From Trichodelitschia bisporula (taxonomy: Eukaryota), in the NCBI GenBank assembly GCA_010356995.1, contig ML996709.1, positions 138,606 to 202,605 of the forward strand: DNA of 64,000 bases. Direction: 5' to 3'. Positions 27,451-39,900 of this stretch are shown piece by piece. How positions within the stretch are numbered: the stretch's first letter is position 1; every line of letters begins with the position of its first letter. Both the position numbers and the translations under genes were made by a program. The notes beneath the pieces are model-generated. The model made no database searches and was not told the origin of the DNA. It saw only the letters and a program-made list of their open reading frames with translations.

Positions 27451-29938
27451 GAAGGAGAGATCTGCCATCTTCAGTTCATCGGGAGAGAAGGTACGACTGG
27501 ATGGTAAGCAAGCTGACGTCACACTGTTTTTGTAACGATGCTTGGCTGACTGGATATTTCTCTCTTGCATCTGTATGTGCAATTGTAGGGAATCATGCGT
27601 AGCTTCAATAGCAGTACAGGACGAGGATGTCTACTGATGCATGAAGGACCAAGCCGCCAATTGGCGTCACTTTGGCCGTATTCAAGCCGTGACCGGGCCT
27701 AGCATTTTGCGGGGACATGAAGGTACGGGGTCTGACGCGTCCAAGGCTGACGAAGGATCTGGTGGCGGACCGATACTATATCCGTGGGGGCCGATGCGGC
27801 TCGGAGGCTCCTCCGGGCGAGGTGGGACTTTCACATGCCGCGGGGTGCGGGGAGTGTACTCTACAAATATGTACAGATTACGGGTCAGCAATGATGAGCA
27901 TCCCCCCATCTCACCTGCGCCCTCATCCATCCAACTCCGCGCCCAATCTTCGGCATGCCGAAACATACTCACGTGACCAGGAGCCATGCTCCGGTCAATC
28001 AAGCGAATAAGGCTGAAGGAGATATGAATAGAATGACGAGATGCATGCGGCCGCGCTCAGCTTCTGGTGTCCATCAGGCTGGATCGCGCCGACATGCCGA
28101 CATCCGCACCGGGGTGACACTGCTGCTCGCAACGACGGCGATGATATGTCCGATGAGGAGCCGACACGGCAAGTATGTGCGTCGCTCCGGAGGCTTTTGC
28201 GTTCCCCTCGTACTGTAGTCTTGATGCTGCGGGGAGATGTTGCGCGAACGGAGTCCTAGTGCTGAGTGGCCAGTCGTAAGGAGGGATAAAAATAGCTGGC
28301 TTGATGGGTGGGGCCTGCTGTATCTCTGCGTGGTGCTCGCCGCGGTGCAAGCACGGTCTGCTAGTCGCCTGCGCGTCTTTCGACGAGCTCAAGAGAAGAC
28401 GGAGTTCCAGAACAACAGAGACAAACTTTTACTATCTCGACGACGCGCCAGCACCACCAAAGACCGCGACTCCTAGGGCTGAAGAGACTGGGGGCTGATA
28501 GCGTAGAGATCTAGTAACCTTTAGCGTGGAGCATCCACTCATGTACGGTACAGCTATGCATCCGTTCCAGTCGTCGTCTTCGCCAGCCAGCACTGCCACC
28601 ACCAATGTCGCGCGCAATACGAGGCTTTCCTCTCACAGCTTACCCTGCTTGCTGCGGGCCGAGGGCCAGCTGAACTGCGTGCCTAAGCGTGAGGGCCGGT
28701 GTGTGAGATGTGGTTGGAAGACAGGAGAGAGGAGGGGGAGAGGAGATGGCAATGTGGGGGACTTGCTGCAGGCGAATCTGAATGGACACAGTTCACACGC
28801 CCTTCGCTCGGCGTCTCCCTTGACCCTGCAGCTTCAGATATCAAGAACAAGCTCTCCTGGGGGTTGAAGCTCCTGTAAGCAGCTGTGCTTTTCCAGCTTG
28901 TTCGACGACGCTTTTTCCTTGTCACCTTAGCTGGCCCGACTTCGCTCAACAGGACCAACAGCACCAGATATGCCATCTTCCAGCTATCGCCATTCCATGT
29001 TGCAGGAGAGCTGTTCTTCATCGCCTCGCAAGCTTACCTAGCAGGCTACATAGTGGAATTGGGATAGGACAGCTTCCATTCTGTCCTCTGCACACAGCCT
29101 CTCAGCCCCGCTTCCACTTCACACTTCCCCCCATCCCCACTACCGCAAGCCTTTGCCGCCGACTACGACGCCTTTTTCTTAGCTTTTTTTATGTTGGATT
29201 TGGTATCTTCGGTCGTCCTCCATCATTCTGAGCTGCCGACACCTGGGACTCGACGACGAAGTAAGGATTTGTATCCCTGATAGAGGAGAGGATTTGTGGA
29301 GGGGTTGCCCCACCGCCTGTCAACAGCAGATCACCATCGCACACACCAAGAAGTTCCAGCTCCAAGCACCAGCAAAGCAGCAGCAAGCAGCTCAGCAACA
29401 AGCATCACGTCGCCGCCTCAGCCGCCCTCAATCCCAAAGCTGCTCACATCCCGCAACAAGCCCCCCACCGCCTCTCTGCCACTTTTCCTCCCGCTTCTGC
29501 CTCTGCCGCCTGCCCTCTCCCGCGCACGCCTAGGTGCTGAAGCATTGAAGCAACCGTCAGTAGTATCAGCACCAGCAACCACACTAGCACCAGCACCAGC
29601 ACCATCAATCCACCACATTCAGCCCCACCACCACCACCTTCACTTCCGAACCTACCCAGGGGAAGAAATCCAGGGGGCAAAAGAGAAAAATCGCACTTGA
29701 AGGCTCCCAACCTCATCGTTCCCTTTCTGCTCTTCTCTTCTTCTTCTTCTCTTCTTCTCCAGTCTCTCTCCACTACTCACTCCTCTCATCTCCTGCACCC
29801 CTCCTTCCCGCCCACCGCCCGTTCTCCGCTTCTGCCCCCTCCCCCTCCCCCCCCAATCCCCGCCCCCTCCCCACCAACTACGGTTCTCAGCTCCCACTTG
29901 TCACCTTCCACACATTTTCCCCGCATACTTTTCCTCAA

Positions 29939-30948
29939 ATGCCCAGGTTATTTGGCAGTAGTAAAAGGCCGGCGCAACCGTCGGGCGACATATCGCATCC
30001 TCCTCCTGCATCAGGTATGTCTTCTCTTTGCTATTAAGATTGTCTCGCCTTTGTGCACCCTTCCCCTCATCTCAGAACCCCCACTCCACTCCCCTCCCCT
30101 CCCCTCCCCTCCCCCCTTCGGCCCCCCGTCTGAGTCTCTCCGAGGACCGGGGGACAGCGCAGACGTGCATCCATCAACTGACTCTCAATTTCTTTCTCCC
30201 TAAAAAGAACATCTACAACATCCTCAACATCCACAACCTCAGCAGCATCGAGTTCCCTCCCCACATAGATACTCGACCCAGCCCGACCAGCACAAGCCGC
30301 TCCCCGACCCCTCGGCCGACATCCTGCGCTCGCCCAGCCTCCGCAACCCCTCCATCCCCAACGTGCACGACCCGCGCAACTCCATTCAATCCAGCGCAGA
30401 AGCCCTGCCATATCCGCCGCAGGACGAGCCCCGCGCTTACGACCAGCATCCTCTGTCCTACGTCCCTAGCCTGTCGCCCATCCCGCCACACCTGCAGTCC
30501 CAGCTCCCGCCGCCCCCTCACCAGAACCCCCACCCTCCCGAAAAGGAGCAGAAACGAGGCCTGCGCGATCGCTTGGGCTTCGGACACGGGACGAAGCAGA
30601 GCTTCGATCAGGGCTCGCAGCGCAACAGCGTCGGACGCGCTCTCTCGGTCAAGGGGAAGTCGCCCAACCCGGACAAGTACCCTCCCCAGCAGCAGCAGCA
30701 ACCTGCGTCGGCAGCCGCACAAGACCCGCGCCAGCTGTGGAGCCAACGCCATCCCTCCACTACCCAGCTGCTACCCCACACTGAGGAGGAAGAAGACCCG
30801 CAGAGCATATACGCGGTTCCTCCGCACTATCGGGGTCAGGCTCTACCGCCGCAGAACCAGGTGTACGACCAGCATTATTTACAGCAGGTCCAGCAGCTTA
30901 ACCAGCCGCCACCCCCACCTCAGTCCCAGCAGGAGTTTCAGCAGCAGA

Positions 30949-30986
<38 letters not shown>

Positions 30987-33100
30987 CAGGAACATCAACA
31001 GCAACAACAGCCGCAGCAGTCGCAAGGGCAGGCTCCCGCAGATTACTACCCTCCGCCGCCGACTCTCCACCGCGTGAATACCGACCACAGTCACCATTCG
31101 CAAGGAACCGGCGAAGTATTTAACCCGCAGGAGCAACACTCCAGTTCGCAGCAGCAACAGCAGCAGCAACAGCAGTATCAACAGCATCCCGAGGGGCCGC
31201 AGGCACAAGCACCCCACGATTATCAAAACTACCCGCCCGGCGCTAACCCGCAGGGATCCCAGTATCCTCCCGCAGGGGACACCGAACGGTACAACTACCC
31301 CGCGCCCCCACAAGGACGCGCTGATCCTCGCTTCAACCCGCACTACCGTCAAACGTCAGGCCAGGGAGCCGACCAAAACTTTCCGCCTCCGCCTACGCAG
31401 CAGACACAGCCGCCGTCTACGCAGCAGCAGCAGCCTCCGTCCCGCTCCTCTCTTGAGCAGTACCGCGGCGCACCCTCGTCGGAGAACTACCAGCAACCTC
31501 GTCCCTTGCGCCCACAAGACCAGCTTTATCTCCAACCTCCCCGCGGCTCCGCGGTCACTCTTCCCGGAGGTCAGCCAGGAGCACCGCCGTCTCCCCTTCT
31601 GCCGTCCCAGACACAAAGTCCGGACTTGGAATATCAGCAGGGTCATCCGCAGCAGCAGCAGCAGCAGCAGCAGCAGCCACAGCAACAACCCAAATTGCAA
31701 ACTCAGTCGCAATCACAGCAACCGCAATCGCAAGAGCCTTCACCTAGTGACTCTCAGCACTCGGCTGCTGTGTCAGGGCAAATGCCGCATCCTGGGTCGC
31801 AGAGCAAGCGGGAAGGCAAGGGGGTGCCCGGGTCGCGAGACGGTGCGCCGCCCTCGTACAATGCCGCGACTGGGCGGGCACAGGAAGGAGACGTGGGGCG
31901 AGGCACGCCGCCGCCCAACGGATCGCCGGAGGAGGAATTTGCGCAGTTGTTGAAGGACCACAAGGAGCTGAGTGAGTAGTGTCCCAGCACGTGACCTGTT
32001 GCGAGGCATCTAACGGAGAAACAGAGGACAAGTATCAGAAGGTGAAGAAGTACTACTTTGAGAAGGAGTCTCAAGTGCACCAGCTGCAAAACACACTCGC
32101 GCACCAGCGTCTCTCGCAGTCGCGTACATCGCTCGACGACTCCGAGTATGCGGGCCGCTTCTCGCGCCTCGACGGTCTCACCAGCCAACTGGCGTTTTCG
32201 ATACGCAAGTCGTGGAAGACGGTCCCAGAATTCCTCCACCGCGTCGTCAACAAGGACGCCCTCGCGACCGGCAAGCAGGAGATGACGGCCGTCGGACGCG
32301 CCTTCATCTCTTCGTGGATACTGCACGAGCTGTTTAATAAATACTTCCACCCGGATCTTGATCCCGGACTCAGCGCGCAGCTGCGGCAAATCTGGCACGG
32401 TATCCTTTATGCCGGCCATGCGTCTGGTCCGCTGAACGGCGAGGAGGAAGAGGCGTTGGCGGCTAAAATCGTAACGTGGCGGCTCGCGACGCTGGAAGGC
32501 TTGGCGGATCAGATGCGGGACACGAACCACTCGCAGTCGAACCACTCGCGGCTGGTGGAGAGTCTGTCGGAGAAGCTCATTGCGGACACGCAGGTGCATC
32601 TCACGGACCCGCCGCCACCGGACCTCAACGGCGGCGTGTACATGATCGTCGAGCTGGCGCTGAAGATTGCGGCGCATATTCCATGCGAGAGCCGCGATAT
32701 CCGCGTCGAGTACTACGGCCCGGGCTATCCCGTGCTCGGCGAGGTGATGAAGATTGAGACAGGCATCCCGCCGCTGGTCACGCCGATCTTGGGACCGGGG
32801 CCCAATGTGGAGGAGAGCGGCGACAAGGACTCGGAGCGCGCGAGCGTGGATGAGAGGGACGGGAAGGATGACAGCAAGCGGCCGCGCGGCTTGTTTGCCG
32901 GGTTTACGGGCGGCACGGGGAGTAAGCTGGCTAAGGGCGGACCGCCGCCGGGACAGCTGCCGCCGCAGGGACAGGCGAGTGGAACGGGGAGGGAAACGCC
33001 GATGAAGGAGGAGCGGGTGAGGTTGGCGGTTGGGCTTAGCGTGCAGGTTCGGGGGCGGAGTGTGTTGTTTAAGGCGCCGGTTTACACGATGGCGGTTTAG
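29939..33100 (+). CDS. Conserved fungal hypothetical protein: Q/P-rich disordered N-terminus, coiled coil and helical C-terminal domain
   Basis: Exons 29939-30014, 30208-31971, 32025-33100 join in frame (MPRLFGSSKR..PASEHLQHP..ELKDKYQKVKKYYFEK). The C-terminal region looks globular. Confidence 0.8.
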
Positions 33101-33716
33101 GGGGGATGAAAGGGAGGGGATACGAATGTGAAAAGGGGGTTGGGATTTAGTTTTCGCCCATGTTGGGGTTGTGACTTGGTGCGCTGCTCGATACCACTCG
33201 CTTTTGTCGTTTTGGGAGGTAGCGGGTAGGAGGGGGTTCGTTTTCTTTAGGATGGGCTATATTTTTTTGAGATGAGAGATGATTGACACAGGATAGTATG
33301 AAGAGGACTGGTGGGAGGGCTCTTATTAGACTGAAGGGCGTCACTTTGACATCAACTTTGCGAGAGGATGGATTGAGGCTGACGTCAAGGCACGTGATGA
33401 TATTCAGTGTGATAACATCCCTGCAAAAAAGTCCCTTCAGGCAAGCGAAGGCTGAAGCGACGGATTGCGCTGGCGATCAAAAGAACGACACCGCCTTCCT
33501 TTGTCTCCTCCCCACCACTTCTTCTGCGACCAACTCACAACATTCCACGCACTCAATTGAATGCGTATTCCCCGTTCCTTCACCCTAAATACTCGCTATT
33601 TTGCAACTCGACGTTCTACTCCGCACAGGTTCGCTCTCCGAACCGCTCTCCTCCAATTCCGCATCCGCACCTCTCCCTCCCCCTCCCCTTCCGTTCCTCC
33701 CTTCACCTCCATCACC

Positions 33717-35650
33717 ATGGCCGAAGCAGTCTACTCCACCGCCACCCTCAAAGATGCCGGCGCCGACCGCTTCGACAGTCTGGCAGGCAAGGTGCACCCC
33801 GCAATCCTCAAGGCCCTCGAGAACATGGACTACGAGTACATGACGCCAGTCCAGAGCAAAGTGCTCTCCCAACTCCCCACCTTGCAGAGCGACTGGTAAG
33901 CCCCCCTCCACCAACTATGCAACTCCGCTGACCGAGCAGCCTCGTCCAGGCCAAAACCGGCACGGGCAAAACAATCGCCTTCCTGCTCCCCGTCCTGCAG
34001 TCCCTGCTCACCGGCCCCGCGGTCCCGCGCGGACAGGTCGCTGTGCTGATTATGTCGCCCACGCGCGAGCTCGCGCAGCAGATAGCCAAGGAGTGCGATC
34101 GGCTGACGGCGTGTCTGCCGCGGCGGATTGAGTGCCACACGGCGTTTGGCGGGACGACACGGAATGCAAACTTGTCGCGGTTCATGAATGGGAATCCGAC
34201 GATTCTAGTCGCCACGCCGGGGCGGTTGAAGGACTACCTTACGGAGGAGAAAACGGTGGCGCGGTTCGATAATCTGCGCTGCTTGATTCTGGATGAGGCG
34301 GATACGATGCTCGAGCAGGGCTTCCTGCAGGACGTGCGCCAGATCCTGCGCCTGCTCCCGCCGAAGAACACGGGCTGGCAGGGGATGTGTTTCTCCGCCA
34401 CCATCCCGGACAAAATCCGCGATGTGCTCAGCACCGTGCTGGCGAAGGGGTATACCTCCGTCTCCGCCATCGACGCCTCCGAGCCCCCGACCCACGCCCG
34501 CGTCCCGCAATTCCACGTCGTAATCCCCACCGTGCAGGATACTTTCCGCGCGCTCCTCTCGCTCATCACCTTTGAAATCAAAGAATCGGGCGAACACCCC
34601 AAGATCATCGTCTTCGGCACAACCGCCAACCTCGTCGCGCTCTACGCGGCTCTGTTCCGGGGTCTGCCCAACGCGCTCCCCGTGTACGAATTGCATTCGC
34701 GGTTGTCGCAGCCGCAGCGCACGCGCACGACGGATGCGTTCAAGGTGGCGGAGAAGGGTATACTGCTCGCGACTGATGTGGTGGGCCGCGGGATGGATTT
34801 CCCGAACGTCACGAGCGTGGTCCAGGTTGGGTTGCCGATGAACGGCGAGCAGTACGTTCATCGCGTCGGGCGCACGGCGCGCGCGGACAAGGATGGGCGT
34901 GCGGTCATTATGCTTACGCAGGCGGAGTCCTTTTTCCTGAATGTCAACCGCCAACTCCCGATCCAGCCCTACGCTCATTCAGCCGCTATCCTAGCGGACT
35001 CCGCGGCCGCCGATCAAGCGGCGGCTATTCTGGCCACCATCGACGAGGGCACGAAACAGAAGGGCTACTCCGCCTACCTGGGGTTTATGAAGGGGTTTAT
35101 GCACAAGCTCCGCTTGTCCCCCGAGGGACTCGTTGCGGTCGCGAATGATCTCGCTATTCTTGGAATGGGATGTCCCGAGCCCCCCGCTATGGAGAAGAAG
35201 ACGGTGGGGAAGATGGGGCTCAAGGGGGTCCGCGGGTTGCGGTATGCGGCGCCGGGGGAATTAGACTCTGGTAGGGCCGGCGGGGGGCGGCCGGGCGGTG
35301 GTGGGGGACGGTCGGGCGGGGGGCGTGCTGGGGGNNNNNNNNNNNNNNNNNNNNNNNNNNNNNNNNNNNNNNNNNNNNNNNNNNNNNNNNNNNNNNNNNN
35401 NNNNNNNNNNNNNNNNNNNNNNNNNNNNNNNNNNNNNNNNNNNNNNNNNNNNNNNNNNNNNNNNNNNNNNNNNNNNNNNNNNNNNNNNNNNNNNNNNNNN
35501 NNNNNNNNNNNNNNNNNNNNNNNNNNNNNNNNNNNNNNNNNNNNNNNNNNNNNNNNNNNNNNNNNNNNNNNNNNNNNNNNNNNNNNNNNNNNNNNNNNNN
35601 NNNNNNNNNNNNNNNNNNNAGGTGTGATTTGCGGTGGTGGTGATGGGTAG
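33717..35650 (+). CDS. DEAD-box RNA helicase, Mss116/CYT-19-like, with RGG-rich tail (3' end crosses an N gap)
   Basis: Q motif YEYMTPVQ, AKTGTGKT, SPTRELA, TPGRL, DEAD, SAT, RGMDFP, HRVGRTAR. Intron about 33896-33938. Stop position uncertain because of the gap at 35335-35619. Confidence 0.92.
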
Positions 35651-36939
35651 ACGTGGGATAGGCGTGGGTTGGCGTTTATGGATCACGGCTGATAGACGGG
35701 TTCGACTGGGACATGGTCTAGACTTTGTTTACGCCTAGATGGTTTATGGCTTGTGGTTGAGGGTAATGGATTCCTGATTCCCAGTCCCTACGCCGTGTTT
35801 CGGGATGTGTTCTCGGCTTTGCTATCTAGATGTATCAATGTGCGTTGTGCGGTTCAATTCCTGATGGTTGAACTTGAGAAGCCGATATCACGGGACGTGC
35901 CGAGCTTCGATCGTGAGACCCTCTTTTGCTTTTTAGGCCAGGCAATGTCTTCATAAGGCGGGCGCGACCGCCTAATTCCCTCCCTCACTTCATCTTCGCT
36001 CTCCCTCCCTCCATTCGAACTATTCTCGTTCTAGTATTTCTGCCACAGATCCCCGGTAGGCCCTTTCCCACAAGCTATTTCATCACGGGGCCACCGCAGC
36101 GAGGACAAGGGAGACAATCAAAGAGCACGAGGGGTCAAGCTTCAACGTATCCCCTCTTGTGCTCTTTGATTGCGCTGTTTTTCCTCTCTGCGATTGCCTC
36201 GTATTGAAATTAGCCTTTAGGAAGTGGCCTTCCGGGGATTTGTTACAGTTTTTGGGATGGTTTGGGGGCGGGGTATGGGACGGGGAAGGTTGGCGGGCGG
36301 CGGTGATTGATTCCTTGTCGTGATGGCTTCTGGGTGGTTTACGTGTTTTGGCGTTTTATGGATCACGGGGCTGATGGGGGTGTTGGGTTTGTATAGCAGT
36401 ACCGTCCGCGGCGGGAGCTTGATACATTGAGTGTCTTTGGTGGAATGTAGCTCCAAGGATGGATGAGATTTGTTCGTCTGACGTCGGTCTTGAGTTGGCG
36501 TGCGCGTTGCGGATGGCGCATGCGAGGGCTCCGGGTTTGCGAGCCAGCGCGTACGACATCCGTAACGCGTACGCCATCTCGAGGCTGAGGACAGACGAAC
36601 GCTTCTTTATCTTTCCGCTGAGGGATGTTCCAACAAGGACGCGAAGTGGTTGGGTTTTAAGATCTTAGCTAGTTTAGCTGGTTAAGGATAATGCATTCCC
36701 CATCCTGATGGCCGGGCTGGTTTACTTGCTGTGCTGCCGTGATGCTGTATGTCCGACTCTGGCATGATGCCGTTGGAAGTCGTGTATGTAACCTGGTGCG
36801 GCCGGATGCCGTCTCCCGCGGAGCTCTGTGCCAGAACCTTTTGCAGTGATTATACACGTGAAGCCATTGACATTAATGCAGGCTGGCTCTTGGGCTTCGT
36901 AGACGGCGGTGTTTGTATACATAGGCGGGGAATGTGAAG

Positions 36940-39900
36940 GCCGAGCTGGTGGCCGAGTCGAACGTCGAGGGGGTTTGCCGGTAGCAGGACCTACCGAGCC
37001 GAGGAGCAGAAGCCGGTTTGCAGTTATTCCCCTCGATGATGGCAACGATAAAAGGCGTCAAGCCGTCCACGTCCGCTTAGAAAATGAAGTGGTGCAGGAT
37101 GTAGCGAAGAGCCTGGCGATTTGCCCAAGGTAGATCATAAGGCCTGTAAAGAAGACATGGTGGAGTTAGAGGCTTTGAAAGTTTGGGATTGTATGCTGGA
37201 CGAGGCTGAGACGAAAGCGTTTGCGGGGCGGCACGGCGTACCGAGCCGAAAGACAGAAGCCGGTTTGCAGTTATTCCCCTCGATAATTACTACGAAAAGA
37301 GCTGTCAACCCGATCGCGTCCGTTAGGGGAGAGAAGCGGTAGAGGATGTAGAGAAAGTTCTACTGATTTACCTAAAGTAGTTTTCGAGCTTTGAAAAGCT
37401 GAAGTGGTGGAGATATAAAGCGAGCAAGTTAGAGTTGTATGCCTAATGGGGTTGGGATGAAATGTAGGTACTTAGCCTCTCGCTCGGCCGAGTCAAATAC
37501 CGAAGGTGCTTGCCGGGCGGCAGCCGAAGAGCAGTACCCGACACGACCAAAATGCCCTCAATAATTACAACGAAAAAAGGTGTCAACCCGACCACGTCTG
37601 TTTGAAAAACGAAGCGGTAGAGGATATAGCGAAGCGCCTAGCGATTTGCCTAAGCTAGATCATAAGGTTTGTCAAGAAGAGCTGGTGGAGCTAGAGGCTT
37701 TGAAAATTTGGGGCTGTATGCCGAAGGAGGTTGGGATAAATGAAGGCACTCGGCCTCCTACTCGGCTGAGTCGAATGCCGAAGATTAGAACCCGATACGG
37801 TCAAATTCCCCTCAATAACTACAACGAAAAAAGGTGTCAACCCGACCACGTCCGTTAGGGAAAAGAAGCGGTGGAATATGTATAGAAGCGTTCGACGATT
37901 TACGGAAGATAAGTCCTAAGTTTTGTAAAGCCGAGATGGTGGAGCTAGAAGTTTTGAAAGTCTAGGGTTGTATACTCAATAAGGTTGAGACGAAAAGAAA
38001 CGTACTCGGTCTCCCGCTCGGGTCGACCTGAATTTCGAAAATGTTTTTGGGGCGGTAAAAGTTATCGAGCCGGAGAGTAGTACCCGGTTGGCCATAATCC
38101 CCTCAATAATTACAACGAAGAAGGATGTCAACCCGACCACGTCCGCTGGCGAAAAGAAGCGGTGAGCGTGTAGAGAAACGCCTGGTCATTCTAGGAATAG
38201 AGTTATAAGATCTGAAAGTTGAGATGGTGGAGCTAGAGGCTTTCAAAGTCTGAGGTAAGTGCCGAACGAGGTTGGGATGAGAGCTAGAAAGGGAGAAGGG
38301 ATGTGCAGCTAAGACTTCGTACATATTTTGCCGGCCACAGGACTTACCGAGCCGAAGAGCAGTACCCGGTTGGCCATATTCCCCTCAATAATTACCTGGA
38401 AAAAAGGTGTCAACCCGACGACGCCTGTTTGAAAAAAGAAGCGGAGGAATGTATATAGAAGCACCTGGCAATCCGCCCAAGGCAGGTTACAATGTTTTAA
38501 AGAAGAGATGGTGGAGCTAGAGGCTTTCAAAGCTTTCGGTATGTGCCGAACGAGGTTGGGATGAAAGCTCAAAGGGGGGAGGGAGCTGTACGGAGCATAT
38601 ATATTGTCGCCAAACGCCGAAGGTGTTTGTCGGCCGCGGGACTTACCAAGCCGAAGAGCAGAACCCGATGCGGTCAAATTCCCCTAAATAATTACAACGC
38701 AAAAAGGCGTCAACCCAACCACATCAGTTTGAAAAAAGAAGCGGTGGAGAGTGTACAGAAGCGCCTGGCGACTCGCCCAAGGTAGGTCATAAAGCTTGTA
38801 AAGGAGAGGTGGTGGAGCTCGAGACTTTAAGAGTTTAGGGTTGTGTCCTGAATGAGGATGGGATGAGAGCTCGAAGGGAAAAGGGGGTATATGACGTGGG
38901 TATGTGGCCGGCTGCCCGGCTTCACGACCTGACTAAGCGACCTGGCTCAGCTTGGACGTCCTGAAAGCGGGTGGCCGAGCCGAACGACGAAGGGGTCTGG
39001 CGGCCGTATAGTTTGCCGACCCGAAGGGCGGAAAAGATCCCCTCAATAATTGCAAGGGAAAAATATGTCAATCCGGCCACGTCCGCTTGGATTGAAAAGA
39101 GGTGAAGGGTATGAGGAAGACCCTGAAAATTCAAAGAAGATAGTCACAATGATTGTAAAGAAGATATGGTGGAGATATAGGCTTTCAAAGTTTTGAAGTT
39201 GTATACCGAGCGAGTTGGGATGAGAGTAAATGGGACGGGGTGTGCGGCTAGCGGTCCCCTCAGTAATTCGGTGACAAAAGAGTGTCAAACCTTCCACGTA
39301 CGTTCGGAAAAAGAAGCGGCGGAGCGTGTACAGAAGCCTTCGGCGATTCGGGGAAGATAGGTCATCAAGTTTATAAAGCGGGGATGGTAGAGCTGCAGGC
39401 CTAGAAAGTGGGAGGTCGCTTACCGGCCACCTAGAACTAGCGTACCGAGCCAGAGGGGCCGAAAAGGATGTCCCAGTTTGGCTAAATTGCCCTCAAAAAT
39501 AAGCAGGGGAAAATGTGTCCAACTAACCACGTCCGTTTGGGAAAAGAACTTATGGAGGCTATAGAAAAGAGCCTGGCGGTACCGGGGAAATACTTTAAGA
39601 TGCTTATGAAGTCGAGATGATGGAGTTATAACCCTAGAAAGTTAGCAGTGTACGCCAATTGAGGTTGGGATGAGAGCGGAGGGGGAAGTTTGTGTACGGC
39701 TTTCGGGGGGGCCGAATGAGGACGTCCCGTTTGACTCGATTACCCCCTCGATAATTATAACGAAAAAAAGGGTCCAACCTTCCACGTCCGTTCGAAAAAT
39801 GAAATGGTAGAGGGTATAGAGAAGAGGCCGGGGATTTAGGGGAGATAGTTCTTAATACTTCTAAAGGCGAGATGGTGGAGTTACAGGCCTGGGAAGTTAG

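Noticed and set aside
27600..29070. Possible 5' LTR/gag of the Gypsy relic, or another decayed gene
   Set aside because: No second copy of the LTR candidate, no PBS or gag zinc knuckle seen; ORFs unrecognisable.
37121..38785. Repeat-protein gene within the array (recurring MVELEALK and IPLNNYN peptides)
   Set aside because: Stops and A-tract frameshifts recur across units; the unit 1 vs 3 comparison showed no third-position bias by eye; no consistent splice signals.
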